Source: Welwitschia mirabilis | Taxonomy: Eukaryota | Direction: 5' to 3' | Length of the DNA: 64,000 bases | Assembly: GCA_051453625.1 (NCBI GenBank) | Contig: JBOZIK010000001.1 | Coordinates: forward strand, 26,819,994-26,883,993 | In this document: piece after piece, positions 40,806-53,024 of the stretch | Layout: the number at the start of each line of letters is the position of its first letter | Numbering within the stretch: the stretch's first letter is position 1 | Translations under genes and position numbers: made by a program | The notes under the pieces: model-generated | The model's input: only the letters and a program-made list of their open reading frames with translations | What the model was told of the DNA's origin: nothing | Database searches by the model: none

Positions 40806-42035
40806 TATTGCACTTCCAACTTACGTGTATTTGATAGGGTATTTTGAGTTGTTTTGCAAGAAAATTGATAGATAAATGCTTAGTTCTCATGATAATGGAG
40901 AACCAAGATGAAAAGAATCGAAATACACGATTTGCAGATAAATTACATGCATTCTGTGCAAATATGAATAAATTGTATTTTGGATGATAATTTCCTACAA
41001 ACAACAAAGCAGTTAGACTAATTGAAGATCCATTAAAAACCATTGTCCACCACATCATCTGTATGTCAGTACAAATGACTGAGATGACTGGTCGATGATA
41101 GGTTTCATAGGTAGTCAGATTGGAAACAGACAAGGATCTAACTATTAGTCGGCATCGGCTCCTATATCATTTGGACAACCATACAAATGACACTATTTTC
41201 TGATACTTGCACCAAATGTTCACCTAAGCTGTCGCCACTTAATTACCACTTCTCTTTGCATGGTGGTTAGGATTTTTCCTATTCTTTTCAATCAGTTTCA
41301 CTTCTTGTTTTGGGTCTATAAATAAAGGTCTTCCCCTCGATTCCTAATCATCTTTGACAGTACCTGACATTCTCGTGACAGGAGATCNNNNNNNNNNNNN
41401 NNNNNNNNNNNNNNNNNNNNNNNNNNNNNNNNNNNNNNNNNNNNNNNNNNNNNNNNNNNNNNNNNNNNNNNNNNNNNNNNNNNNNNNCCTCGATTCCTAA
41501 TCATCTTTGACAGTACCTGACATACTCATGATAGGAGATCGAAGGATCGGAGAACCATTTTATAATTTTAGAGAGATCCTTGGTGTTGAATGGCATTTTC
41601 TCCATTGAGAAGCGACTACTTTGGAATACAGATGTAGTGTACATTTTTAATATAAAATATTTTCTTTTTTGTTCAATGCCTGAATGATCTTCTCCCTCAT
41701 ACTTTATGTTATTTGAGATTTGATGAAAAGCTTCTTTTATAATATAGATTATGAGGGCAACCTTTCTTAAGGTTATGCTTAGTTAGTTTAGATGCGTTGC
41801 TATCTTGCACAACTATGTTTTATTTCATTTCCATACATTGCAAATTATTTCTGTAGGTTAGGGTTACCATATTTTTATCTTGAAAGCAACTCTTTTATTT
41901 CATATTTTGGCTTACAACAGATTATGACATTCGAGTCACTCCCATCTATATTAGTGTGCTATGTTTGTGCATATTATTTGTAGTTAACAGAATTCTAATC
42001 AGGATGTAAACATTGCATAAATATACACAATAACA
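40806..42035 (+). repeat. 5' LTR of the Athila element
   Basis: TA(TG-derived)TTG...TAACA, collinear with 51920-53019; contains a 100-N gap with duplicated flanks. Confidence 0.93.
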
Positions 42036-42038
42036 TCT

Positions 42039-42056
42039 TGATGCCATTACCGGGGA
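42039..42056 (+). promoter_or_regulatory. Primer-binding site complementary to tRNA-Asp
   Basis: tgatgccattaccgggga vs canonical Athila TGGCGCCGTTGCCGGGGA (4 transitions), 3 nt after the LTR. Confidence 0.9.
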
Positions 42057-42383
42057 AGGATGCTTGAAGTTCAAAAGTAGTTATTGCTTTGGTAAATATT
42101 CTGGATGTTTACTACAAGAGCAGTGTAACAGTACCTGCTGTAAGTTTTTTGTTTTAGTTTTTTTTCTACTAATTTTATAGAATTAGTATCATCGCCCCCT
42201 CTATCATCCAGATGGCAAAGTGGATGACAGTCTATTTTCTTAACCTTTCTGTGAAAAAAAAATCCAGTTTTTGTTTCTATTTTCTACTTTTCTTTTTCTT
42301 GTGATTTCTGTGTTTCTATTATCCAGGTTATCATTTGGACAATGTACAAGATGGCACTTTTACTGATTCAAGACAAAGTATGA

Positions 42384-45300
42384 ATGGTTAAGCCTACAAA
42401 AAAGGAAAAATACCAGAGAGAGCGACTATTGATTACTACAAACATTAGAAAAGGTTTGACAAACCTTGAAGTAGAAACAAATCAAAATAGTGAAGGTACA
42501 CAAGATTTTAAAATTCCTACAATTTCCACTTTTAATTCTGCAGAGTTTGATTTTACTACCATATCAACCTCAGAATAAAAACTTAAACAACCTATCTCTC
42601 CAAATCCACCCCTTGTCATTAGAACCCTTACTCCCACTTCTTCTTAACCTAATACTCATGCTACCTTAAGAGATCTTATAGCAAACAAAAAATATGAAAT
42701 CCAAATTCCTTTTGACTTACCTTCTGATGATGATGTAGAACTTCAAAACTTGAATGCTTATCCTACCTTTAGTAAAGATCCTAATGAAGACCCTTTACAA
42801 CACATCGCTGAAACTAAACAACTTATCCTTACTTCTGAAAATGGTAAAAAATGAATAAGTGATAGAACCTACATGCTTACCTTTCCCATCATCTTGAGAC
42901 GTAAAGAAAAACTTTGGCTTAGAACGATTCCCCATAAGAGCCTTAAATCTTGGAGTCAAGTTCAAAAAGCCTTTATAAAGAGATTCATGAATGAAACCAC
43001 CATCTAAAAGTGTAAGAAAGAAGTCACAAACTTCCAACAATTACCTAATGAGGACTATGACTCCACTTATAAATGATTCTTTATTGCTTTACATTCAAAC
43101 CTCATAGATGCCTTTTCAAAGGTAGAGTTAATTGACTATTTTTATAGTAGGTTGAATATTCATATTAAGTAACTCATAGATTTTTCTTATGGAGGTAACC
43201 TATTAAACCAAACCTTAAAAGATGCTTGAAAGGTGTTGGAAGATTTAGTAGAAGTAAGTTAAAATTAGCCTAAACCCTTCTTTAGAGAAAACCAAATAGT
43301 AAGCCAAATTATTAAGGGCCTAAAAAAAGTCAAACATGAGAAGAATGAAATCAAAATAGAAAATGAACCAATTAGCATCATTAAGAACTTTACTTCTACC
43401 TTCGAAAAATACACCCAAATGATCCTTGATGCTAAAATGGTAACCAAGAAGGATGAAGTTATTGTTCTAACATGTGATTTGTGTGAAGATAGTTACCATG
43501 TCACAAAATATTTCCCTTTACTTCCTACTTACAAAGAGAGAATCTATGAGGAAGTTTGTGCTTTTAACCAAAGACCTTTCAACTACATGCAAATCACAAT
43601 ATATATGAACATCCAAACTTTCAATCCAACCATCCAGATAACTTGGCAAGCCCTTCAAACTCCCAAAACTATAGTGATACTCTTAAGAATTCTATTGAGG
43701 AGTTAAAAATAACTTAAGAGAAGACAAATGCAAACATAAACAATCTTATAAGTATTTTACAATAAACCATGCTTGCCAATCAAATACCATAAGAAATACT
43801 TACCACTCAACCTTTACCAAATCCTAATGAAGTACTAAACGATTATAAGGTGGTGACAAGTAGTGGAAACATAACTCTCCCTAACCATGAGGATTCAGCA
43901 TCCTAAAGTAATAAAAATGATGAGGGAGAGGACCTAGAAATCCTAGAAAACCATTCCTTCCCTTTCTTACTTACCAATAAAAAGAAAGATCCTTAACAAA
44001 AGAAATCCACTACCTCATGTCTTGATATGCTTAACAAAAATCCCAGTTTTATTGATTATTTGAAAGCTTTAATGTAAAATGTGAGCATCAAATTATCTTT
44101 TTAGAAACTTTTGCAAGAGAATCTGAAATACTCTAAGCTATGAAAATACCTAATAAAAAGGAAAAAGAAAAGAACCATATCTAGTAAAGTCTTCTTAGCT
44201 CAATCCATTAGCAACTTAGTTTACAAAAAGTGTCCAAAGTTTAAAGATTCGGGGGCAGCAACCATTAGTGTCNNNNNNNNNNNNNNNNNNNNNNNNNNNN
44301 NNNNNNNNNNNNNNNNNNNNNNNNNNNNNNNNNNNNNNNNNNNNNNNNNNNNNNNNNNNNNNNNNNNNNNNNACAATTACCTAATGAAGACTATGCCTTT
44401 GCTTATGATTGATTCTTTGGTGCTTTACATTCAAACCCCGTAGATGCCTTTTCAGAGATAGAGTTAATTGACTATATTTATAGTGGGTTTAATAGTCATA
44501 CCAAGAAACTCGTAGATTTTTCTTATGGAGGTAACCTATTAAACCAAACCTTAGAAGATGCTTGGAAGATGTTGGAAGATTTAGTGGAAGTAAGTCAAAG
44601 TTGGCCTAAACCCTCCTTTAGAGAAAACTAAACAGTAGGCCAAATTATTAAGGATCTAAAAGAAGTTAAACATGAGAAGAATAAGACCAAAATAGAGAAT
44701 GAACCAACTAGCATCATTAAGGATTCCATTTCTACCTTAGAGAAATACACCCAAATGATCCTTAATGCTAAAGTAGCAACCAAGAAGGGTAAAGTTATTG
44801 TTCCAACATGTAATTTATGTGAAGATAGTTACTACATTACAAAAGATTGCCCTTTACTTCCTACTTACAAAGAGAGAATCTATGAGGAAGCTTGTGCCTT
44901 TAACCAAAAAATTTCCAACTACATGCAAAACCACAACTAAAGATAAGTCCAAAGTCACAATTTTCAAAATAGGATGAGTGAGCTATCAAATTCTAGAAAT
45001 TTCTAAATACATTATCCTAACTTCCAGCCTTTCAGAAATAGATTTGAACATTTAAACTTTTAATCTAATCATCCAAATAACTTGGTAAGCCCTTCAAACT
45101 CCAAAAACTATAGTGATCCTCTTAGGACTTCCATTGAGGAATTGAGAAAAACTCAAGAGAAAACAAGCACAAACATAGAAAATCTTGTAAGTCTTTTACA
45201 ATAAACCATGCTTATCAATCAAAGACCACAAGGGACCCTTGCCACTCAACCTTTACCGAACCTTAATAAAGTAAGAAAGGATTATAAGGTGATGCCTAAG

Positions 45301-45432
45301 AGTGGAAATGGCATAACCCATAAGGTTTCAACTTCTCACAATGACAAAAATGATGAGGAAGAGGACATAGAAATCTTAGAAAATCATTCCTTCCCTTCCT
45401 CATTTAGCAACAAAAAGAAAGATCCTTCATAA
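42384..45432 (+). pseudogene. gag: Athila gag remnant (partly duplicated)
   Basis: EDPLQH motif (~42786), FPSSL..W, FYS.LN..D..GG.L motifs, C-x2-C-x4-H-x4-C knuckle CNLCEDSYYITKDC, QGTLATQPLPN; many stops. Confidence 0.85.
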
Positions 45433-45489
45433 AAGAAACCCGCTACCCCATGGCTTGATAGGCTTAACACAAACCCCATTTTTGATGAT

Positions 45490-48400
45490 CATTTGAAAGC
45501 CTTAATGCAAAATGTGAGCATCAAATTACCTTTATAGAAACTTTTGCAAGAGAATTCCAAATATTTTAAGCTATGAAAATACCTAATAAGAAGGAAACAA
45601 AAACAAACCATTCCTAGTAAAGTCTTTCTAGCTCAATCCATTAGCAACTTAGTTTACAAAAAGTGTCCAAAGTTTAAAGATCCAGAGGCAATAACTGTTA
45701 GTATCACTTTAGAGGGAAACTGTAGAATTAAAAAAGCCTTGATAGACATAGGAGCTAGTGTTAATATTATTCCCTTGTACATTTGTCAATGTTTTGGGTT
45801 GGAAGAAAAAGTAGAGCCTACATGTATTGTATTTGAGTTAGCCGATACATCTGTGAAGAGACCTTTAGGTGTGATCAAGGACTTGGTCATTCAAATAGAG
45901 AAAGCTTTCTACCCAATTAATGTAGTTGTTTTAGAAGTTAAGCATCATGGTGGATATCCCCTAATTCTAGATAGAGCCTTCTATGAAATAGCCCATTACA
46001 TAATAGACACAAGAACCGGATTGATAAAGTGCCATTTTGGAAACAAACAATTTTCCATAAGAGTGTTTGATGCAGCTAAAAAAGATTTAGGTAACGATTT
46101 AGGTTTGGAGGAAGAAATAAAACCAAACCTATTTTTATAGCACCATTCACTTAAGGAGAGATGGTCCATGTTTCATGAGCTAATCTTGTTTGATAATTAA
46201 ATGAAAGTAGACTACCTTTATGTGCTTAATGAATAACTTGATTTTAACCATCTCCCAACTAAGCTTTTTAATCTGAGGAGGAGTAAGTATGAGTCTGTAA
46301 ACTGTTCTGAAGTCTAAGAAACTAAAAACCCTGAGAATTCTTATTGTGAGGTCAATCTTCCAGTAATGATGTCTGGACAACAGTCTGAGACGATAATCAA
46401 CTTTTTTGAGGATTTTCCAGAAACTAGAAGTCTGAACCTTAACCTGAACTTAAAACCTTTAGACAATGGACTAAAATACATTTTTCTGAATAGAGATCTG
46501 AATAAAACTTTGATTATCAACAAAAATCTCTTACCTTAATAAGAATCTGATCTTATTTCTTTTTTATAATCAAAGGTTCATGCGTTTGCTTTGTCCCATA
46601 ATGATCTATCAGCCATTCCCACTTCCATTATGCAATACAAGATCTACCTCAAAGAAAATGCTAAACCTGTGAGGTAACCCCAACATAGACTAAATCCAGT
46701 CCTAAAGCAAATTTAAAAAATGAAATCATAAAACTTATGGATTCTGGAATCATTTACTCCATTACTGATAGTGAGTGGGTTAGCCCCTTAACTGGTAGTA
46801 CCTAAAAAGGTTGGGAAATGACATATTTGCATAGACTTCTAAAAACTAAATGAGGTACTTAAAAAGACCACTGTCCTTTACTTTTTCTCGATCAAATTCT
46901 TGATAGGATTCAGGGACATGATATTTTTTATTTTCTTAATAGTTATAGCAGTTACAATAAAGTTTGCATTGCCATTGAGAATCAAGATAAAACTACCTTC
47001 ACTTCTCCTTCCAGTATCTTTGCCTTTAGTTGCATGCCTTTTAGACTTTGCAATGCTCCCAGTACCTTTCAGCATGCTATAATGGGTATTTATTTTGATA
47101 TGATTGAGGATTCCATTAAGATTTTCATGAACGACTTCTCTATTTATGCCGAAACTTTTGAGCAAATCTTAGATCATTTAGAGAAAGTCTTAGATCAATG
47201 CATTGATAGTGGCCTACACTTGAGTTGGGACAAGAGTCATTTTCTTGGNNNNNNNNNNNNNNNNNNNNNNNNNNNNNNNNNNNNNNNNNNNNNNNNNNNN
47301 NNNNNNNNNNNNNNNNNNNNNNNNNNNNNNNNNNNNNNNNNNNNNNNNATTGATAGTGGCCTACACTTGAGTTGGGAAAAGAGTCATTTTCTTGGAGAGA
47401 ATGGCATTGTTTTAGATCATCACATTCTCAGAAGGGGATTAAGATGGATGCTTTTAAAGTTAGTATTATTTAAAATCTTAGTCCCTCTACAAATGTTAAA
47501 CAAGTTTGATATTTCCTTAGTCATTGTGGTTTTTACCGTCAGTTCATTTGTGATTATGCTTCTATTTGTAAACCCCTTTACTCATTACTAGAGAAAGATG
47601 CCAAATTTAAATGGAATGAATCTTGTCAAATTACTTTCGATAGGCTTAAACATAGATTATCTTATGCTCCTATAGTAATAGGACTTGATTGGGCATTTGA
47701 CTTTGAGCTTATGTGTGATGTCAGCAATTTTGCCATGGGTGGGGTTCTTTGCCAAAAGTATAAGAAGGACTTCAAAGTTATATCTTACCATAGCAAGTCA
47801 TGTTTAGAGCTCAGATAAACTACACTACTACAAAAAAAGAAATGATTACCATTATCTTTTGTCTTAATTCTCTTAGACACTATCTTTTAGGCTTTCACAC
47901 GAATGTTTATATTGACCATGCTGCTATTCGTTACCTTATGACTAAGAAAGTCTTTAGTGCCTGTTTAATTAGATGGATCCTTCTTATGCAAGAATTTAAT
48001 TTGACCATCATAGATAAAATAGGAAATCGCAATTCTGTTGCCGATAATTTATCTCGACTTTCTTCTCCTCAGGATGGAATTCTCATTGATGATTCCTTTC
48101 CTGATGAGTAGTGTTTCACTGTTTCTTCTTCTCATCCTCCTCCATGGTATGCCAATATTGTTAACTATCTTATAACCATAAAAACACCACAACATTGGAC
48201 CTATAACCAGCGTAAATCTTTTCTCCATCGTATAGGTGACTATGAGTTGATCGAGCCATATTTGTACCGTAGGTGCAAAGATCAGATTATGAGAAAATGT
48301 GTGCTAGATTGAGAAATACCTAAGATTCTTCATCTTTTTCATGGTGGTATTTGTGAAGGACATTTTAGTGGACTTAAAACTGCCATGAAAATACTTCATT

Positions 48401-50237
48401 TTGGTTTTTATTGGTCTTCTCTTTTTCAAGATTCATTTGATTTTGTTAGAAGGGTGATCCTTATTAGCATTTTTGTAGCCTAGTTTGTTAACAGGAAATG
48501 CCCCTTAGACCTATTCTTAAGTGTAAGCCTTTTGATTATTGGGGTATTAATTTTATGGGTCCTATTCACCCACCTTCTTTTAATAAAAATTATATTTTAG
48601 TGGCTTTTGATTACATGACTAAATGGGTTGAAGCCATACCTACTTCNNNNNNNNNNNNNNNNNNNNNNNNNNNNNNNNNNNNNNNNNNNNNNNNNNNNNN
48701 NNNNNNNNNNNNNNNNNNNNNNNNNNNNNNNNNNNNNNNNNNNNNNNNNNNNNNNNNNNNNNNNNNNNNNNNNNNNNNNNNNNNNNNNNNNNNNNNNNNN
48801 NNNNNNNNNNNNNNNNNNNNNNNNNNNNNNNNNNNNNNNNNNNNNNNNNNNNNNNNNNNNNNNNNNNNNNNNNNNNNNNNNNNNNNNNNNNNNNNNNNNN
48901 NNNNNNNNNNNNNNNNNNNNNNNNNNNNNNNNNNNNNNNNNNNNNNNNNNNNNNNNNNNNNNNNNNNNNNNNNNNNNNNNNNNNNNNNNNNNNNNNNNNN
49001 NNNNNNNNNNNNNNNNNNNNNNNNNNNNNNNNNNNNNNNNNNNNNNNNNNNNNNNNNNNNNNNNNNNNNNNNNNNNNNNNNNNNNNNNNNNNNNNNNNNN
49101 NNNNNNNNNNNNNNNNNNNNNNNNNNNNNNNNNNNNNNNNNNNNNNNNNNNNNNNNNNNNNNNNNNNNNNNNNNNNNNNNNNNNNNNNNNNNNNNNNNNN
49201 NNNNNNNNNNNNNNNNNNNNNNNNNNNNNNNNNNNNNNNNNNNNNNNNNNNNNNNNNNNNNNNNNNNNNNNNNNNNNNNNNNNNNNNNNNNNNNNNNNNN
49301 NNNNNNNNNNNNNNNNNNNNNNNNNNNNNNNNNNNNNNNNNNNNNNNNNNNNNNNNNNNNNNNNNNNNNNNNNNNNNNNNNNNNNNNNNNNNNNNNNNNN
49401 NNNNNNNNNNNNNNNNNNNNNNNNNNNNNNNNNNNNNNNNNNNNNNNNNNNNNNNNNNNNNNNNNNNNNNNNNNNNNNNNNNNNNNNNNNNNNNNNNNNN
49501 NNNNNNNNNNNNNNNNNNNNNNNNNNNNNNNNNNNNNNNNNNNNNNNNNNNNNNNNNNNNNNNNAACTTGTGCTTATTATCCTCAAATGAATGGACAAGC
49601 TGAAAATGCTAATAGAGAAATAAAGAAAATGCTTCAAATACTTGTCTTTATTAATAAAAAGATTTGAACTTCTAAGCTTAATGATGTACTTTGGGCCTAC
49701 CATATTACTTGGCGTACTTCTCTTGATTTCTCACTTTATAGACTTATTTACGGTAAAGTTTGTGTTTCATTGGTTGATGTGTATTACAATTCTTATCGTA
49801 CATCTTATCAACTCAATCTTATAGACTTTGTTAAAAATCTTAATTATAGGTTAGCATAATTAAATCATCTTGATGAAAAAATAACTAATGCCATACATCA
49901 TCAATTGATTCATAAAGCCTAAGCAAAGTTCAAATATGATAAAAGGATTTTTCATAAAAGGTTTAAACCAGGTCAACTTGTTTTGTTGTATAACACTCAT
50001 ATTCACCTTTTGAATAACAAGTTGACTTCTAAATGATTAGGTCCTTATCTTATATAGAAAGTGCATTTGAATGGCTCAGTTGAAATTTTAGATTTGGAAA
50101 CTAAAGAGATTCAAAAGGTTAATGGGCAATGGTTGAAATTATATGAGGAATTTTTAGATGTAGCCATGAACATGGTAGAAGCACTTGTTTTGGAGGTTCC
50201 TCTCAGTAAAGAGGACTTCCTCCCTATCATTATTTAA
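45490..50237 (+). pseudogene. pol: Athila pol remnant: protease, RT, RNase H, integrase
   Basis: KFKDP, LIDIGASVNIIP; MPFRLCNAPSTFQ, FMNDFSIY; ELMCDVSNFAMGGVL, NYTTTKKEM, RWILLMQEF, VADNLSRL; GHFSG, WGINFMGP, DYMTKWVEA, YPQMNGQAE, VNGQWLKLY. Confidence 0.95.
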
Positions 50238-51265
50238 GTTCTTTCTTATCCTAATTCTTTAGTTAAATATTATGATTTTACCTGACCATATTTCAAACTT
50301 GACTTGTGTATTACTTTGTGAAGTATCATAATTAATTTTATACTTGGGTATTTACAGGTGATAGGATTGGATTAATTTAATCTTAAGACATTCTTATGTT
50401 TATATTTAAAGGAAGATGCCTTAGTTTCTTATTTTTTTTAATGGTATTTAAATCTTAGGTTATTTGGGAGTGTTAATTTCTATTTTTTATCTCACTTATT
50501 TACCTTCATCTTTTTTGGGTGTGTGATCATATGGGAATTTTCTGTTAAAAAAAAAAGAAAGAAAGAAAGAAAGAAAAGAAAAATAAAGGCCATGACATTT
50601 TCTATTTTGTCTTAAAAACATGGTCTCCATGATGTCCCATTGCAAGTACACCAGGGCATATATTTTTGAGAGGAGTCTTTGATAGTGTAATATGATAGCT
50701 GTGGAAACTTCACTAGGGGGTTAGTTAGCCATGCTTCCCAGGTCCTTACTCCTCTGATAGTGGTTGCACTCCTCTCATCATGAAAAAAGAAATAAAACCC
50801 TTAGTATTTCCACTTGATCATTTCACTTTTGGAGATTCCAGTGAGTTTATCGGGTAGAAGCAGGTGAGTCTATTTCTAAGTAACTTTTGGTTTTGCCCTT
50901 CATTATTCTACACACTTAAAACTTTGGATATCGCCATAACCACTGCCTTTTCAAATGAACTTTATGGAGTTAATACATTTTGTCATGCATATTTATTAAG
51001 GTGATGTTGTGATGTTTTCCTTGGGAGTTTGCTAGGTTAGTACTTAGCATAGGTACACAATATTCTTCTTGTTCCTTGTGTGTCCATTTTTACTCTAGTT
51101 TTCTTCTATTTTTGAGTCTATTGTTTCAAAGTCATTTTCGCAGTTTCTTATTTCTTCTTAGAACCTTAATCATTTCGTAGTTTTCTTGCTATTCACTCAT
51201 GATCAAACATTTTTCTCCATTTATTTTCTGGCAATTAAGTAATTCGGGACGCATTGCATATTTTA

Positions 51266-51309
51266 GGGATGGGGGTGGGTGGGGGGAAGGGGGAGGGGGT
51301 TGGAGGGGG
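51266..51309 (+). other. G-run cluster (potential G-quadruplex) in the Athila 3' non-coding region
   Basis: Seven runs of 3-6 G within 44 bp. Confidence 0.7.
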
Positions 51310-51906
51310 TTAGGACATATTTTTAGTTTTTTTGATACTTTTTTATCGATTATAAAAATCATTATTGTAGATCCTCCTTCCTCTCCCCCCACTCCTGAGC
51401 TAGTTATTGAACTAGGATTCATCATGCGTAGATGAGGGAAGTGATTTTACATTATATTATGTATCTTTCTTTCTATACGTTTTGTACTAAAATCTCTTAT
51501 CATTATATAGACATGTCATTTTGCTTCAGCATAGTGTACTAATTCTATCTAGTTTTTACATGATTATCTTTATATTTGATTGTTTATCACAGTGGAGGGC
51601 TGTTTATCATGATTAATTAATTAATGAAGAAAATTAATTTCTATCACAAGTTCTAGATTTAAAAATCCTTTGCGAAAAACCTATCATCTCCATACTCATG
51701 CAGACGACCATAACAGATGACCAATCTATGATGTTGTAGATATTTATATTCAATTTTTGAATTTTTTAGAAATTCAATCTATCTTGGGAGTATTTTTCAA
51801 ATCTTTTTCAAAAAATTTCTACAGATATCTGAGTTGTTTTTATTATCTAAAAAGTTGGCTCGCAAATGTGGCTTATCACCTGGTTTTGTCAAGGATTGAT
51901 AAGGCT

Positions 51907-51916
51907 AAGTGGAGGG
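51907..51916 (+). promoter_or_regulatory. Polypurine tract remnant
   Basis: aagtggaggg 3 nt before the TG of the 3' LTR. Confidence 0.8.
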
Positions 51917-51919
51917 CTA

Positions 51920-53019
51920 TGTTGTGCCACCAACTTACATGTATTTGATAGGGTATTCTGAGTTGTTTTAAAGGAAAATTGATAGATAAATTCTTAGTTC
52001 TCATGATAATGGAGAACCAGGATGAAAAGGATGAAAATACGTGATTTGTAGATAAATTACAAGCATTTTGTGCAAATATGAATAAATGGTATTTTAGATG
52101 ATAATTTCCTGTAAACAACACAGCGACTAGACTGATTGAAGATCCATTAAAGATCATCATTCACCACATTATCCAGACATCGGTATAGATGACTGAGCTA
52201 ACTGGTTGGTAACAGGTCTCATAAGTAGTTAGACTGACAGAAGATGAGGATCTAATTATCAGTCGGCATCGTCTCCTATATCATCTAGATGACCATACGA
52301 ATGACACTATTTCCTGACACTTGCACCAAATGTTCACCTAAGCTATCACCACTTAATTCCGACTTCTTTTTGCATGGCGGTTAGGGTTTTTCCTATACTT
52401 TTCTATCAGTTTTACTTCTTGTTTTGAGTCTATAAATAAAGGTCTCCCCCTCGATTCCTAATCATCTTCAATAGTACCCGACATACTCATGACAGGAGAT
52501 TGAAGGATTGGAGAACCATTCTATAATTTCAGAGAGATATTTTCTTGGTGTTAGGTAGTGTTTCCTCCATTGAGGAGTGGCTACTTTATAATACAGATGC
52601 AGTGTGCATTTTTAATATGAAATAATTTGTTTTATGTTTAATGTCTAAATGATCTTCTCCCTTACAGTTTATGTTATCTAAGATTAGGTGACAAGCTTCT
52701 TTTGTGATATAGATTATAAGGGCAACTTTTATTAAGGTTGTGCTTGGTTAGTTTAGGTGTATTGCTATTTCCTTTTCTAGATTAGTCTTGCAGAAGTGTA
52801 TTTTATTTCATTTCCATGCATTGCAAATTATTTCTATAGGTTAGGGTTACCATATTTTTATCTTGAAAGCAGCTCTTTTATTTCCATATTTTGGCCTTTA
52901 ACGAATTATGACATCTAGGTCATTCCCATCTATATTAGTGTGTTGTATTTGTGCATATTATTTGTAGTTAATAGGATTCTATTTAGGCTGTAAATGTTAC
53001 ATAAATACACACAACAACA
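51920..53019 (+). repeat. 3' LTR of the Athila element
   Basis: TGTTG...CAACA, followed by TSD ATCAT. Confidence 0.95.
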
Positions 53020-53024
53020 ATCAT

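Larger units (their letters stand above)
40806..53019 (+). mobile_element. Full-structure decayed Athila-type Ty3/Gypsy LTR retrotransposon
   Basis: Two LTRs, ATCAT TSD (40801-40805, 53020-53024), tRNA-Asp PBS, PPT, gag-PR-RT-RH-INT order. Confidence 0.95.

Noticed and set aside
14019-49703. Long ORFs in the track made mostly of X (e.g. 16309-16806, 19200-19809, 24363-25295, 48597-49703)
   Set aside because: They are read-through across N gaps or microsatellites, not coding evidence.
50240-51900. Athila env-like ORF
   Set aside because: Only short ORFs produced by the G-rich tract; no recognisable transmembrane-protein frame.
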